In this document: one piece after another, positions 20,078-32,707 of the stretch
Layout of the letters: each line of letters starts with the position of its first letter
Position numbering within the stretch: the stretch's first letter is position 1
Source: Puniceicoccales bacterium
GTDB taxonomy: Bacteria; Verrucomicrobiota; Verrucomicrobiia; Opitutales; LL51
Length of the DNA stretch: 64,000 nt
NCBI GenBank assembly: GCA_031255715.1
Contig: JAIRRZ010000021.1
Coordinates: 286-64,285, forward strand
Direction: 5' to 3'
Position numbers and translations under genes: made by a program
Notes under the pieces: model-generated
Seen by the model: the letters and a program-made list of their open reading frames with translations, nothing else
Told to the model about the DNA's origin: nothing
Databases searched by the model: none

Positions 20078-20791
20078 TTATTTTGTTGGTACTGTAATTG
20101 TACCAAAGGAATTGATATGAAGTTCGAAAGCAGTATGAGCCTCTTTCTGTTTATAATATTGATTGGCTACAAAATGCACTGGATCACACAAACCACTAGC
20201 ATATACTGTAAAAAAAGAAGAGCTCGCCGAACGATTCGATCCCTCAGTACCACCATCATTTGATTTTTCAAATACATTTGGATTTGATGAAATTTGTTGA
20301 GAAGGATCATTCATATTTTGAATAATTGAATAGCATGGATAGTTATCATCAAAGACGAGTTTATTACTGGCATCGGTCACATAAAATAACGGTTTTTTGG
20401 TCGTATATTCATCGATAACATCACTCCAATGTTGAGGAGAACTTCCGGTTACGGTTTGGATGAACTGCATAAGTGCGTTTTGTTGATCACTATTGGTAAT
20501 GGCGCTTTGTAGACTTCCAGTGGAATCAGAACCTACGATCCATTCCCGTAATTTGAGCAGCTGATTATTGTCAAGAAAATGAATGTATCGATATGTTGCG
20601 CTGAAATGAGCTAATTTTTTAGCAAATCGGAGTGTTTCCAATAGAGCATCCTTAGGTTTTTTTTGCGATAACTCTTCTTGGCTTGGAAATTTTATGGCTA
20701 AAAACCCTATGCTGACAATAAAAATCAGCATAATCACAACGAGTAATTCAACGAGTGAGAAACCGCTTTTCCTATAACCCTTAATGTTCAC
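20078..20791 (-). CDS. Prepilin-type N-terminal cleavage/methylation domain protein (pseudopilin), orphan
   Basis: The leader is (V)NIKGYRKSG|FSLVELLVVIMLIF, with G-1, F+1 and E+5. The start is GTG. Confidence 0.8.
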   Translation of the reverse strand: MNIKGYRKSGFSLVELLVVIMLIFIVSIGFLAIKFPSQEELSQKKPKDALLETLRFAKKLAHFSATYRYIHFLDNNQLLKLREWIVGSDSTGSLQSAITNSDQQNALMQFIQTVTGSSPQHWSDVIDEYTTKKPLFYVTDASNKLVFDDNYPCYSIIQNMNDPSQQISSNPNVFEKSNDGGTEGSNRSASSSFFTVYASGLCDPVHFVANQYYKQKEAHTAFELHINSFGTITVPTK

Positions 20792-20978
20792 AGTTTTTGA
20801 TTATAATGCGGAAAGCCTTTTTAGCAAGAACGGGTTGCAAACATCGTTTCAACTGCACCACAGTTTTTGAAAAAGTCAACGGAAAACCAATATTGTAAAA
20901 TATGAACAAAAAACTTAATTTTTTATTTTCACAAAAACTTCTATTGCCAGCGGTTAATTCTCGTGTTGAATACCATGC

Positions 20979-22070
20979 ATGGAGTTATCCCCTATTCGAT
21001 TAATCGAAAGAACATTACTTTCTGGGCCGAAAAGTCCCAAAAAAGTCTATCATCTAGTACTATCCGAATCTACGCTAGAAACTTTTGATTTCAAGCCTGG
21101 GGATTCGGTAGCATTATGGCCCAAAAACAATCACCTAATGGTAAGCAAAATTTTACAGCATTTTGCTATTTCAGAAAATGATGCCATTGGCGAAAAAACA
21201 ATCATTGAATGGTTACAAAAGCAGTATTGTCTTTCCCATCTAACGGAAACGTTTTTAGATACCATCCGCACTCAATTAACTAGAAAGGAATGTGAAATCT
21301 TTGATCGTTATGGTGAGCAAAATGCCTTTAAAACGGCATCGTTACTCGATATTATCGAGTTATTTCCCAGCATAAAATTCTCTGCGGAAGAGCTTTTGCC
21401 GCTCCTAAAAAAGATGAAACCTCGACTCTATTCCATCGCCTCGGCACAGTCGATGTATCCACAACAACTGCAGCTAATCGTTGCCGAAGTGGTCTATGAA
21501 AATTTTAGACAGCAGAAGCGCTACGGTGTCGCTTCCCATTACATTTGCAATGAATTGGCACTCGGAGAGACAATTGAATGTGCCATCGTACATGCAAAAT
21601 TCAAATTGCCGGAAGATTATTCCAGAAATGTCATCATGGTTGGCCCAGGAACGGGTATCGCACCATTCCGTGCATTTTTACAGGAACGCGCCGTACTACG
21701 CAAGCAAGGTAAAAATGTTGGAGAAAACTGGTTATTTTTTGGCGACCAATATCGAAATGCTAATTTTTACTATCGACAGGAATTCGAACAATGGCAGCTT
21801 GATGGTAACCTAAGCCACCTAGATCTTGCATTTTCCCGTGACCAGGAACATAAAATCTATGTCCAAGACCGCATGCATAAGCACGGGGAAGAACTATGGA
21901 ATTGGCTTAAATGTGGTGCATATTTCTATATTTGTGGCGATGCGACATACATGGCCGTCGACGTTGAAGCCAAACTTAAGGAAATTATTCACCAATACGG
22001 CCAAATCAACCCCGATACCTTCCTAGCACAACTCAAATCAGAAAACCGCTACCAACGCGATGTTTATTAA
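20979..22070 (+). CDS. CysJ/CPR-family FAD/NAD(P)H oxidoreductase domain protein (no flavodoxin module)
   Basis: RLYSIASA (FAD), GPGTGIAPFRAF (NADPH), YICGD and the C-terminal RYQRDVY are present. Confidence 0.85.
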   Translation: MELSPIRLIERTLLSGPKSPKKVYHLVLSESTLETFDFKPGDSVALWPKNNHLMVSKILQHFAISENDAIGEKTIIEWLQKQYCLSHLTETFLDTIRTQLTRKECEIFDRYGEQNAFKTASLLDIIELFPSIKFSAEELLPLLKKMKPRLYSIASAQSMYPQQLQLIVAEVVYENFRQQKRYGVASHYICNELALGETIECAIVHAKFKLPEDYSRNVIMVGPGTGIAPFRAFLQERAVLRKQGKNVGENWLFFGDQYRNANFYYRQEFEQWQLDGNLSHLDLAFSRDQEHKIYVQDRMHKHGEELWNWLKCGAYFYICGDATYMAVDVEAKLKEIIHQYGQINPDTFLAQLKSENRYQRDVY

Positions 22071-22260
22071 AAAATTAAAATTAGCGGACAATATTTCGAA
22101 TGGGTAGGCTATTTTCGAGGTACCATACGGTAAGCGTATTTCAAGGCGAATAGAAAAGTATTATGAGAAAGATTAAAACTCGATACGGTGTTAGAGAGTT
22201 TAATCGCTTGAATAAATCTTTACAGCACGTATTTTTGATGTATGCTTATAACCAATCGTT

Positions 22261-23463
22261 ATGAAAATAAAAAAAGTTGGAATCTTAACCGCTGGAGGTT
22301 TGGCGCCCTGCCTATCCGCTGCAATCGGTGCCCTCATAGAAGCTTATACTAAAACCTTTCCTAAGGCAGAAATTGTTTGCTATCGCAGTGGATATAAAGG
22401 CCTTTTGATTGGTGACAGGGTAGTCATTACCGGTGAAACGCGGCAAAATATTGCTGCTTTTTTTGACTATGGCGGCAGTCCAATTGGTAATAGTCGCGTG
22501 AAATTGACCAATATGCGCGATTGTATTCGTCGAGGATATGTTACGGAAGATGCCAATCCACAGGAAGTTGCCGCAGAACAGCTAATGCGTGACGGCATTC
22601 AAGTGTTGCATACCATCGGTGGTGACGATACAAATACGGCCGCAGCCGATCTTGCTAAATTTTTAGAACAAAATGATTATAAATTAAGTGTCATCGGTTT
22701 GCCTAAAACGGTGGACAATGACATATATCCCATTTCACAGAGTCTAGGCGCTATCACCGCAGCCTGCGAGGGAGCACGATTTTTCGAAAATGTTATTGCC
22801 GAATCGACTGCGAATCCACGCATGCTGCTCGTACACGAAATCATGGGACGCAATTGCGGTTGGTTAACCGTTGCTACGGCACTAGAATATCGCCGCCGGT
22901 TAGGAAAAAAGCTTTTCTTACCGGAACTTGGACTAAGTCGGGAAGCATTTGATGTTCACGGCATATACATTCCTGAAAGAGAACTCAACATTGAAGCTGA
23001 AGCACAACGTTTGCGCAAGGTTATGGATCGACATGATTGCGTAAATTTATTCGTGAGTGAAGGGGCTGGAGTAGGGAGCATTGTCAAGGAAATGGAAGGA
23101 CAGGGAAAGGAAGTTGCACGCGATGCATTTGGACATATTAAGCTTGACACCATTAATCCTGGTCAGTGGTTTGCAAGTGAATTTGCCGATAAAATCGGCG
23201 CAGAGAAGAAACTCGTTCAAAAAAGTGGTTATTTCGCACGCTCTGCAAAGGCAAATGAAATCGACTTAGAAATGATTCGCGAATCGGCAGCGCTAGCGGT
23301 CAAGTGTGCTGGAGAAGGAAAATCCGGCGTAATTGGTTGCGATGAAGAAAACGACAATAAGCTATCATGCATCAATTTTTCGCGCATAAAAGGCGGCAAA
23401 CCATTTAATGTAAAAGATCCAGAATTTCTCGCCCTACTGCATACCACCGGACAGCTCGAATGA
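22261..23463 (+). CDS. Pyrophosphate-dependent 6-phosphofructokinase (PFK family A)
   Basis: GILTAGGLAPCLS, IGGDDTNT (GGDD is typical of PPi enzymes), PKTVDNDI and MGRNCGW are present. Confidence 0.8.
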   Translation: MKIKKVGILTAGGLAPCLSAAIGALIEAYTKTFPKAEIVCYRSGYKGLLIGDRVVITGETRQNIAAFFDYGGSPIGNSRVKLTNMRDCIRRGYVTEDANPQEVAAEQLMRDGIQVLHTIGGDDTNTAAADLAKFLEQNDYKLSVIGLPKTVDNDIYPISQSLGAITAACEGARFFENVIAESTANPRMLLVHEIMGRNCGWLTVATALEYRRRLGKKLFLPELGLSREAFDVHGIYIPERELNIEAEAQRLRKVMDRHDCVNLFVSEGAGVGSIVKEMEGQGKEVARDAFGHIKLDTINPGQWFASEFADKIGAEKKLVQKSGYFARSAKANEIDLEMIRESAALAVKCAGEGKSGVIGCDEENDNKLSCINFSRIKGGKPFNVKDPEFLALLHTTGQLE

Positions 23464-23596
23464 TTAATATTGTTGATGAATTCATAAGGACAGCTTCCTA
23501 ATTCAGGATTTACAAAATAGAAAAAACTCGAAATTGCAGCTCGCAGCTACCCTCTACATTTTAAAAAATTAAGCAAAAATAACTAACCCTATTGCT

Positions 23597-26293
23597 TCAG
23601 CTTATTGTCGAAAGCTTCGAAAATACCGCTTCCAGTTCTTTTTTTTTGGCCACATTTTCAGCCAATAAATTTCGCGCTCCTGCAATGACCTCTTCGGGCG
23701 CACGCCTTAGAAAATTTTCATTTTGCAGCTTTTTTTGATTCATTTCGATAAGTCGATCGAGCTCCATAAGCTCACGCCTTAAACGCTCCTTCTCCGCTAT
23801 TACATCGAGACTCCCCGCCGTATCCATATAAATAGAACCCAACGTCACAACGGTCGTCGGTAACTCCAAAGCTTCCGACGTTTCTTCAAAAAATTGTGTC
23901 AATAGTAAATATTTTATGTCGCATCGATGGCGCGCGATTATTTCCTTAACCCCTGAATCTGCCTTAAAATAGAATTTCACGTCCCGACGAGATGCTAGGC
24001 CAAATTGCGCCTTTAATGCCCGTGTCGCAGCCACTAGTTCTCGAATATGCTCGATCTCTTCCATTACCGCCGCCTTTCCGAAATCGATTTTGGATAATTT
24101 ATGGCGTAATTCATCGCTACTTTCCAATAATTCCTCACTTAAAAATTTTTCCCCATAGCCGTGTCTTTGCCAAAGTTCCTCCGTAACAAAGGGGATAAAG
24201 GGATGGAACAAAAGCAGCAGCTGGCGTAAAATGAGGTCGTGCACTACCCAAACGGTTCCATTGGCGCGCATCTTTGAAATCTCGATATACCAATCGCAAT
24301 AGTCATTCCAGAAAAAAGTGTATAAAATTTGCAGAGCACGATTAAATTCGTAGTCTGCCATCGCATGCTCGAATTCGTCCATTGTTTCCAATAGCTTGCC
24401 CAAAATGGCCATATCATCCGTCTCCAAAGCACTACTATCAATGCGTTCAACAATCGCCGCCAGAGAACCGCGATCGCCTTCCATACTACCCTGCTGACGA
24501 AAACGAAAGGAATTCCATAGCTTCGTGCAAAGTTTTTTCCCCTGGGCAACGCGATCCTCGGAAAATAAAATATCTTGGCCATGGGGTGCCATCGATAGGA
24601 GACCAATACGCACACCATCCGCTCCGTATTTTTCGATCAGATCCAAAGGATCCGGCGAGTTGCCCAAACTTTTCGACATCTTCCGCCCAAGATGATCGCG
24701 GATAATTCCCGTAAAATAAACGTTTTTAAATGGAATACGCCGACGTATTTCGTCGTCGGATAGCACCCCCTCACCGAGTAAACTTAATCCCGATATAATC
24801 ATCCGCGCCACCCAGAAAAAGATAATATCGGGTCCCGTAACGAGGTCCGCCGTGGGATAAAAATAGTCAAAACCCATCTCCTTCATCGCTTCTTTATCGG
24901 GCCAACCTAGGGTCGCCAATGGCCAAATCGCCGAAGAAAACCACGTATCTAACACGTCTTCATCCTGGTCCCAATTTTCGGGATCCCCCGGACCGTCCAC
25001 CGATACGTGCCAGTTTTGCGGATCGCTTCGGTCTTTGCCCTTCCGATACCAAACCGGTATGCGATGCCCCCACCAAAGTTGCCGGCTGATACACCAATCC
25101 TTGATATTGTCAAGCCAGTAGATATAAGTTTTCTCCCAACGCTCCGGCCGAAAGCGAATAAATCCTTTTTGTATCGCCCATTTCGCCTCCTCCACACAGG
25201 GATATCTTAAAAACCACTGCTCCGAAAGCATGGGTTCAACGGGTACTCCAGCCCGCTCCGAAAAACCAACACTATTGACATAGTTCTCTTTTTTGGAAAG
25301 AAGGCCATTTTTCTTTAAATACTCCCCTACTTTTTCACGCGCTTTGAAGCGGTCCATACCCGCAAATTCCAGTCCAGCAAATTGATTTAATTTTCCATTT
25401 TTATCGATTACACCGATGGCTGCTAATCCGTGGCGCTGGCCAATTTCGAAATCTACCGTATCATGGGCCGGTGTTATTTTCAGCGCTCCCGTTCCAAAGT
25501 CCTTCAACACCGCCTCATCGGCAATAATTGGAATGGCTTCCCGCCGGATGGGGCGCCAGCAGTGAAGCCCCAGAAAATCTTGGTAACGTTCGTCGGCGGG
25601 ATGTACGGCCACAGCCACATCGCCCATGATCGTTTCTGGACGCGTCGTCGCAACGGTGATAAATGTACCGGGCTTTTCGACTATCTCGTATTTAACGTAA
25701 TAAAGCGAGGAATCCTGTTGGCGCATGATGACTTCTTCATCGCTGAGCGCGGTCATACTGATGGGACACCAATTCACGAGCCGCAAACCCTTATAAATAT
25801 ATCCCCGCCGATACCACTCCACGAATGTGGCAAGTACGGCACGGGAGTAATCGGAATCCAGAGTATATTTTAGGGCAGACCAGTCGCAGGAAACGCCTAA
25901 TTTTTTAAGTTGATCGAGGATAATATTGCCATGTTTTTCGCGCCATTCCCTGGCGAGATTGAGGAAGGCTTCACGGCCAACATCGTGCCGCGTTTTATTT
26001 TGTTTAGCAAGCTCTTTTTCGACTTTAATTTGAAGGGAGATACCGGCATGATCAGTTCCAGGGATCCAAAATACGGATTGATTTTTCTGCCTTGCGCGGC
26101 GGACTAGGACATCCTGGATAGTATTATTAAGGATATGGCCCATGTGAAGAATTCCCGTCACATTTGGCGGAGGAATAACAATGGTATAGGCGTCTTTTGG
26201 AGGAGAAATTTTTCGCCTAAAGCAATCGTTTCTGAGCCATTTCGCGTACCATTTCTGTTCCAAATCATTGGAGGAGTAAGAGGTATCGATCAT
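23597..26293 (-). CDS. valS: Valine-tRNA ligase
   Basis: HIGH (PPPNVTGILHMGH), the editing domain, KMSKS (GRKMSKSLGN) and a C-terminal coiled coil are present. Confidence 0.97.
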   Translation of the reverse strand: MIDTSYSSNDLEQKWYAKWLRNDCFRRKISPPKDAYTIVIPPPNVTGILHMGHILNNTIQDVLVRRARQKNQSVFWIPGTDHAGISLQIKVEKELAKQNKTRHDVGREAFLNLAREWREKHGNIILDQLKKLGVSCDWSALKYTLDSDYSRAVLATFVEWYRRGYIYKGLRLVNWCPISMTALSDEEVIMRQQDSSLYYVKYEIVEKPGTFITVATTRPETIMGDVAVAVHPADERYQDFLGLHCWRPIRREAIPIIADEAVLKDFGTGALKITPAHDTVDFEIGQRHGLAAIGVIDKNGKLNQFAGLEFAGMDRFKAREKVGEYLKKNGLLSKKENYVNSVGFSERAGVPVEPMLSEQWFLRYPCVEEAKWAIQKGFIRFRPERWEKTYIYWLDNIKDWCISRQLWWGHRIPVWYRKGKDRSDPQNWHVSVDGPGDPENWDQDEDVLDTWFSSAIWPLATLGWPDKEAMKEMGFDYFYPTADLVTGPDIIFFWVARMIISGLSLLGEGVLSDDEIRRRIPFKNVYFTGIIRDHLGRKMSKSLGNSPDPLDLIEKYGADGVRIGLLSMAPHGQDILFSEDRVAQGKKLCTKLWNSFRFRQQGSMEGDRGSLAAIVERIDSSALETDDMAILGKLLETMDEFEHAMADYEFNRALQILYTFFWNDYCDWYIEISKMRANGTVWVVHDLILRQLLLLFHPFIPFVTEELWQRHGYGEKFLSEELLESSDELRHKLSKIDFGKAAVMEEIEHIRELVAATRALKAQFGLASRRDVKFYFKADSGVKEIIARHRCDIKYLLLTQFFEETSEALELPTTVVTLGSIYMDTAGSLDVIAEKERLRRELMELDRLIEMNQKKLQNENFLRRAPEEVIAGARNLLAENVAKKKELEAVFSKLSTIS

Positions 26294-26404
26294 ATTCGAA
26301 GAAATTTGATAATTGAAAATTAGGAAATTAAAAGTATAAAAAAGCCCTTTTGATGGAAGTTCACTCGCTTATTCAATTTTGCATAAAAAAATTAAAAAAA
26401 CTGC

Positions 26405-26983
26405 TTGACAAAAGGAAATATTTTTGCGGTGTATACAAGCGTTACGAAAAATACAAAAAATTTATTAATATTTGTTACATTAGTTGGTATGAGCAGTGCG
26501 CATGCAAGTTCACCTTTGAATGAAGATGCCTCCGAGTCATTATCATTGAATAAGATTAGGAGAGTAATTTCTCTTATGTCCATTCCGCGTCCTCACAATC
26601 CAATCGATGGGAACCCTAATCCAGATCGCAGTGGTCTTTGTTTCAATGGAAAAATGATTTACTTTGGCAAAGAATTTGTAAAGTTTGCACTTTTACAAGC
26701 ATTAACGGGACAGAGCAGCAATCCCAACGTGGATGTTTTAAAACATCTAGTGATTACCAGAGAAGACTTTGACAACTTGGAAATTATCAGAGAAGACTTT
26801 GACAACTTGGAAATTAACTTAATGGGCACTCCAGGATTCAAACGTTACTCACTTACGCTCAAAAAAGAAGAACCCATACTAACGCTTAATAGATTGGAGC
26901 TCGTCGTTTTAATACAAAAATTGGGAGAAGCTTTCGGTCTATCAGATGACGAAATCCAAAAAAAAATTAACTCACTCCCATAG
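26405..26983 (+). CDS. Hypothetical small secreted protein with a 30-bp in-frame tandem duplication
   Basis: A signal-like segment KNLLIFVTLVGMSSAHA|SS is present. The unit CAGAGAAGACTTTGACAACTTGGAAATTA occurs twice (26758-26817), encoding REDFDNLEI x2. The start codon is uncertain (TTG or GTG). Confidence 0.45.
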   Translation: MTKGNIFAVYTSVTKNTKNLLIFVTLVGMSSAHASSPLNEDASESLSLNKIRRVISLMSIPRPHNPIDGNPNPDRSGLCFNGKMIYFGKEFVKFALLQALTGQSSNPNVDVLKHLVITREDFDNLEIIREDFDNLEINLMGTPGFKRYSLTLKKEEPILTLNRLELVVLIQKLGEAFGLSDDEIQKKINSLP

Positions 26984-27030
26984 CCTGGCTCCCATTAAAA
27001 TTGGCTCAAAAAAGTAAAATTTGTTTTGAG

Positions 27031-27059
27031 TTGACAACACACATAAGGATTTAAAATAT
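27031..27059 (+). promoter_or_regulatory. Sigma70-type promoter of SRP RNA
   Basis: TTGACA (27031-27036) is followed by TAAAAT/AAATAT (27052-27059). Confidence 0.4.
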
Positions 27060-27063
27060 ACGT

Positions 27064-27160
27064 TGGACTGGGTACTATGCAACTTAGAACCGACTAACTC
27101 CGCCAGGTCTGGAAAGAAGCAACGGTCGTCAGGAATCGAGTGTGCCGTAGATTGCCTAGT
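27064..27160 (+). ncRNA. ffs: Signal recognition particle RNA (small 4.5S type)
   Basis: The domain IV core GCCAGGUCUGGAAAGAAGCAACGG....GAGUGUGCCG matches the E. coli 4.5S CCAGGUCCGGAAGGAAGCAGCC...GUGUGCCG. The 5' GGACUGGGUA pairs with the 3' UGCCUAGUC. A T8 run follows. Confidence 0.8.
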
Positions 27161-27365
27161 CTTCTTTTTTTACATGCACTTTTCTAAAAATTGCTTTTAT
27201 TAGGATTTTTCTACGATATTTAGAATTTTTCTATAATGGATCGTACTATTTCATAATTCCATTTCGGGAGAATATTTCTTTCAAAAACACAATTGTGAAA
27301 ATTTAATTTAATTTAATTTTTGACCTTTTTTACGATTTCACTATAAACTCCCTAAGGATAGTGTT

Positions 27366-30014
<2,649 letters not shown>

Positions 30015-30037
30015 ATCTAAAATAAAATGTTAAATCA

Positions 30038-30070
30038 ATCGGTCCGCAACCTAGCGGACTGATTTTTTTT
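30038..30070 (+). terminator. Rho-independent terminator of the WASP-like gene
   Basis: ATCGGTCCGC-AACCTA-GCGGACTGAT is followed by T8. Confidence 0.75.
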
Positions 30071-30221
30071 GTGAATTTTCTCCGTAAATTATTCCCAATG
30101 GAAATTTTCTATCTTCTGTGCCATTGGCTGAAATAATTTCATTTCAACGGAAAAGTATTTCAATTACATACTTTTTACTTGTGCAAAATTTGTCTCCTAC
30201 TAGTCTACTCTATGAAAAACC

Positions 30222-31376
30222 ATGCCAGAGGATACGGAATTTCCCATTATACGTTTCGTAGACCATGTACTCGAATACGCCGTAAAAAAAATGGCATCCG
30301 ATGTCCATTTTGAAACGTTTGTCAATAACGTACTCATTCGCCTGCGCATCGACGGCGTACTCATTGAATTGCCGGCACCTGAACGTAGCCTGGGTGATGC
30401 TATTATCTCCCGTGTTAAAACCCTCGCCAATCTCGACCTCGCTGAAAAACGCCTCCCCCAGGATGGCCATATCGAGCGAACCTGCCTAGGACGGTCCGTC
30501 GACTTTCGCGTCTCCACTTTACCTACACAATACGGCGAAAGTGTCGTACTCCGCGTTTTAGACCAAGGCTCGTGGCATTTTAATTTGAATGAAATCGGTA
30601 TCGCACCGGAAATTTTAGTGGAATTTCGTCAAACACTGAACTCTGGATCGGGCATTATTTTGACGACGGGCCCAACGGGTAGCGGCAAAACTACGACACT
30701 CTATAGCGCACTCAATGAAATTAATGATGAGGAAACTAAAATTGTAACGGTTGAAGATCCCGTGGAATACGAAACCGAAGGTATGGTTCAGGTTAACGTT
30801 CGCGATGAAGTTGGCCTCACCTTTGAAAGCGCTTTGCGTGCTTTTTTACGCCACGATCCTGATAAAATTCTCATCGGTGAGCTGCGCGATACAATTACAG
30901 CAAAAATTGCGATTCAAGCAGCGCTAACGGGACATCTCGTACTCGGAACACTTCATACCAATGACGCGCCCAGTGCAGTAACGCGACTTATTGACATGGA
31001 AATCGATCCCTATCTCATCGCAGATACGGTAAAAGGAATTATAGCTCAACGCCTGTTGCGACGCATTTGCCTAAATTGTAAAGAAGAAATGCCCATGGTC
31101 GATGGGGATAAAAAAAAATTTGAACCCTACGGATTTACAAAAGTTTACCACGGCCGAGGCTGCGCCAAGTGCGATGGCAAAGGTTATAAAGGACGCTTCG
31201 GCATTTATGAATGGTTGGCTCTAACACTCAATATTCGCAATGGCATTCGTAGACGTGTATCGCTGGACGAATTACATATATTGGCTGTTCAAAATGGTCT
31301 CATATCGCTAAAAGAAGCTGCCGCTCAAAGCGTCCGTAACGGCATCACAACAATCAATGAATTCGAAAAAATATAA
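30222..31376 (+). CDS. GspE/PilB-family secretion ATPase, short form (N2 plus CTD only), orphan
   Basis: Walker A is GPTGSGKTTT, the Asp box is VEDPVEY, Walker B is ILIGELRD, and the His box is TGHLVLGTLHTNDA. A tetra-Cys cluster (CLNCK...CAKCDGKGYKGR) is present. The N1 domain is absent, and the 200 nt upstream is non-coding. Confidence 0.85.
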   Translation: MPEDTEFPIIRFVDHVLEYAVKKMASDVHFETFVNNVLIRLRIDGVLIELPAPERSLGDAIISRVKTLANLDLAEKRLPQDGHIERTCLGRSVDFRVSTLPTQYGESVVLRVLDQGSWHFNLNEIGIAPEILVEFRQTLNSGSGIILTTGPTGSGKTTTLYSALNEINDEETKIVTVEDPVEYETEGMVQVNVRDEVGLTFESALRAFLRHDPDKILIGELRDTITAKIAIQAALTGHLVLGTLHTNDAPSAVTRLIDMEIDPYLIADTVKGIIAQRLLRRICLNCKEEMPMVDGDKKKFEPYGFTKVYHGRGCAKCDGKGYKGRFGIYEWLALTLNIRNGIRRRVSLDELHILAVQNGLISLKEAAAQSVRNGITTINEFEKI

Positions 31377-31411
31377 GGCAATATTCCATTTTATTTCAAC
31401 AATAAGGAAAC

Positions 31412-32482
31412 TTAAAATTCGAAGCGATCCTCCGGTTTTAAGGAACGTGCGAAGGAACAAATAAGGCGAATAATATTTTCGATGTCCTCAAGATTAGCCA
31501 TTTCAACCGGCGTATGCATGTAGCGCAATGGAATCGAAATGAGCCCAGTTGGAACTCCCCCACGCGTAATCTGCATGGAACGCGCATCGGTGCCCGTTGG
31601 GCGTGTATCCGCTTCGATTTGGTAGGGAATGTTGTCCTTTTCAGCACATTCAATGATGCGGTCAAAAATAATCGGATTAATATTAACACCACGGGTAATA
31701 ATTGGGCCTGCACCGAGTTCGATCTTCGAAAATCGTTTATTATTACAGTCAGGAAAATCCGTTGCGTGGCCCACATCAACCGCGATACCTACGGTAGGCA
31801 TACAGGAATAGGCAGCATTGATCGCACCGCGGGTACCGACTTCCTCCTGAGCCGAAGCAACGGCAGTAATATTGCAATTCAAAGCATACTTTTCGCCAAT
31901 GAGTCGGCGGATAACTTCCATTACAACATAGGTTCCCGCCTTATCATCAAATGCGCGACCGGTAACGTTACTGGTATCGTTAATAATGGCTGTTTCCGGA
32001 GTTTCGTAAACGACAGGATCACCAATACGTACAAGTTTTTTAGCCTCTTCCTCGGACTTTGCTCCGATATCAATCCATAGTTCATGAAGTTTCGGAACCT
32101 TATCTATCTCATCATCGTCGAGAAGATGGACCGCCCGTTTACCGGTAATGCCGAGCACATTGCCATTTTGGCTTAAAATTCTGACACGGCGCCCAGGGAT
32201 AATGCCACGATCATGGCCACCGATGGCATCGAAGGAGAGAAACCCTTTTTCGTCAATATAGGTTACAGAAAAACCTAATTCATCCATATGGCCGGAGAGC
32301 ATAAGCATTGGGTTTTGGTCATTTGTTTTGAGGACTGCAAAACGATTACCGATGGTATCTTTTCGATACTCATCGACGGCCTTTGCCATATATCGATCGA
32401 CCACTTTTTGCGCTTCAAATTCATGTCCAGAAGGCGAACACGCAATCATTAGCTCTCTCAAAAATTCGGGAATTATTGCCAT
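31412..32482 (-). CDS. M42-family metallo-aminopeptidase (FrvX/YsdC-like)
   Basis: SGHMDELGF, FDDKAG, QEEVGTRGA and the C-terminal PLRYMHTP are present. Confidence 0.85.
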   Translation of the reverse strand: MAIIPEFLRELMIACSPSGHEFEAQKVVDRYMAKAVDEYRKDTIGNRFAVLKTNDQNPMLMLSGHMDELGFSVTYIDEKGFLSFDAIGGHDRGIIPGRRVRILSQNGNVLGITGKRAVHLLDDDEIDKVPKLHELWIDIGAKSEEEAKKLVRIGDPVVYETPETAIINDTSNVTGRAFDDKAGTYVVMEVIRRLIGEKYALNCNITAVASAQEEVGTRGAINAAYSCMPTVGIAVDVGHATDFPDCNNKRFSKIELGAGPIITRGVNINPIIFDRIIECAEKDNIPYQIEADTRPTGTDARSMQITRGGVPTGLISIPLRYMHTPVEMANLEDIENIIRLICSFARSLKPEDRFEF

Positions 32483-32588
32483 AAACGGGAGCTAAATTGG
32501 ATAAAATTCGAAAAAAGTCCAGAATTTTATAAAAAAACAGCTAACCTGCAAAAGAAACATTTTGAAACATCCGCTATTTAATCCCATC

Positions 32589-32612
32589 AAAAAGCACCCC
32601 AAGGGGTGCTTT
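32589..32612 (-). terminator. Rho-independent terminator of ANK gene 1 (family-conserved cassette)
   Basis: GCACCCC-AA-GGGGTGC is preceded on the + strand by A5, which gives a U-run on the - strand. Near-identical copies lie at 34501 and 36913. Confidence 0.7.
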
Positions 32613-32707
32613 AATTGTTTTCCTATGGAACACAATAATTCACCAGAAAACTTGAAATCGAAAAGATAATGCTAAGCCTATGTTTTGCATATTCTATGTT
32701 ATTACCA

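Noticed and set aside
27299-27322. (TTTAA)n run upstream of the WASP-like gene, and a similar TTTAATTTAATTT at about 41905 upstream of the MBL gene, considered as a shared regulatory motif
   Set aside because: These are short AT-only low-complexity strings in an AT-rich genome. Two occurrences are not enough to separate them from chance.
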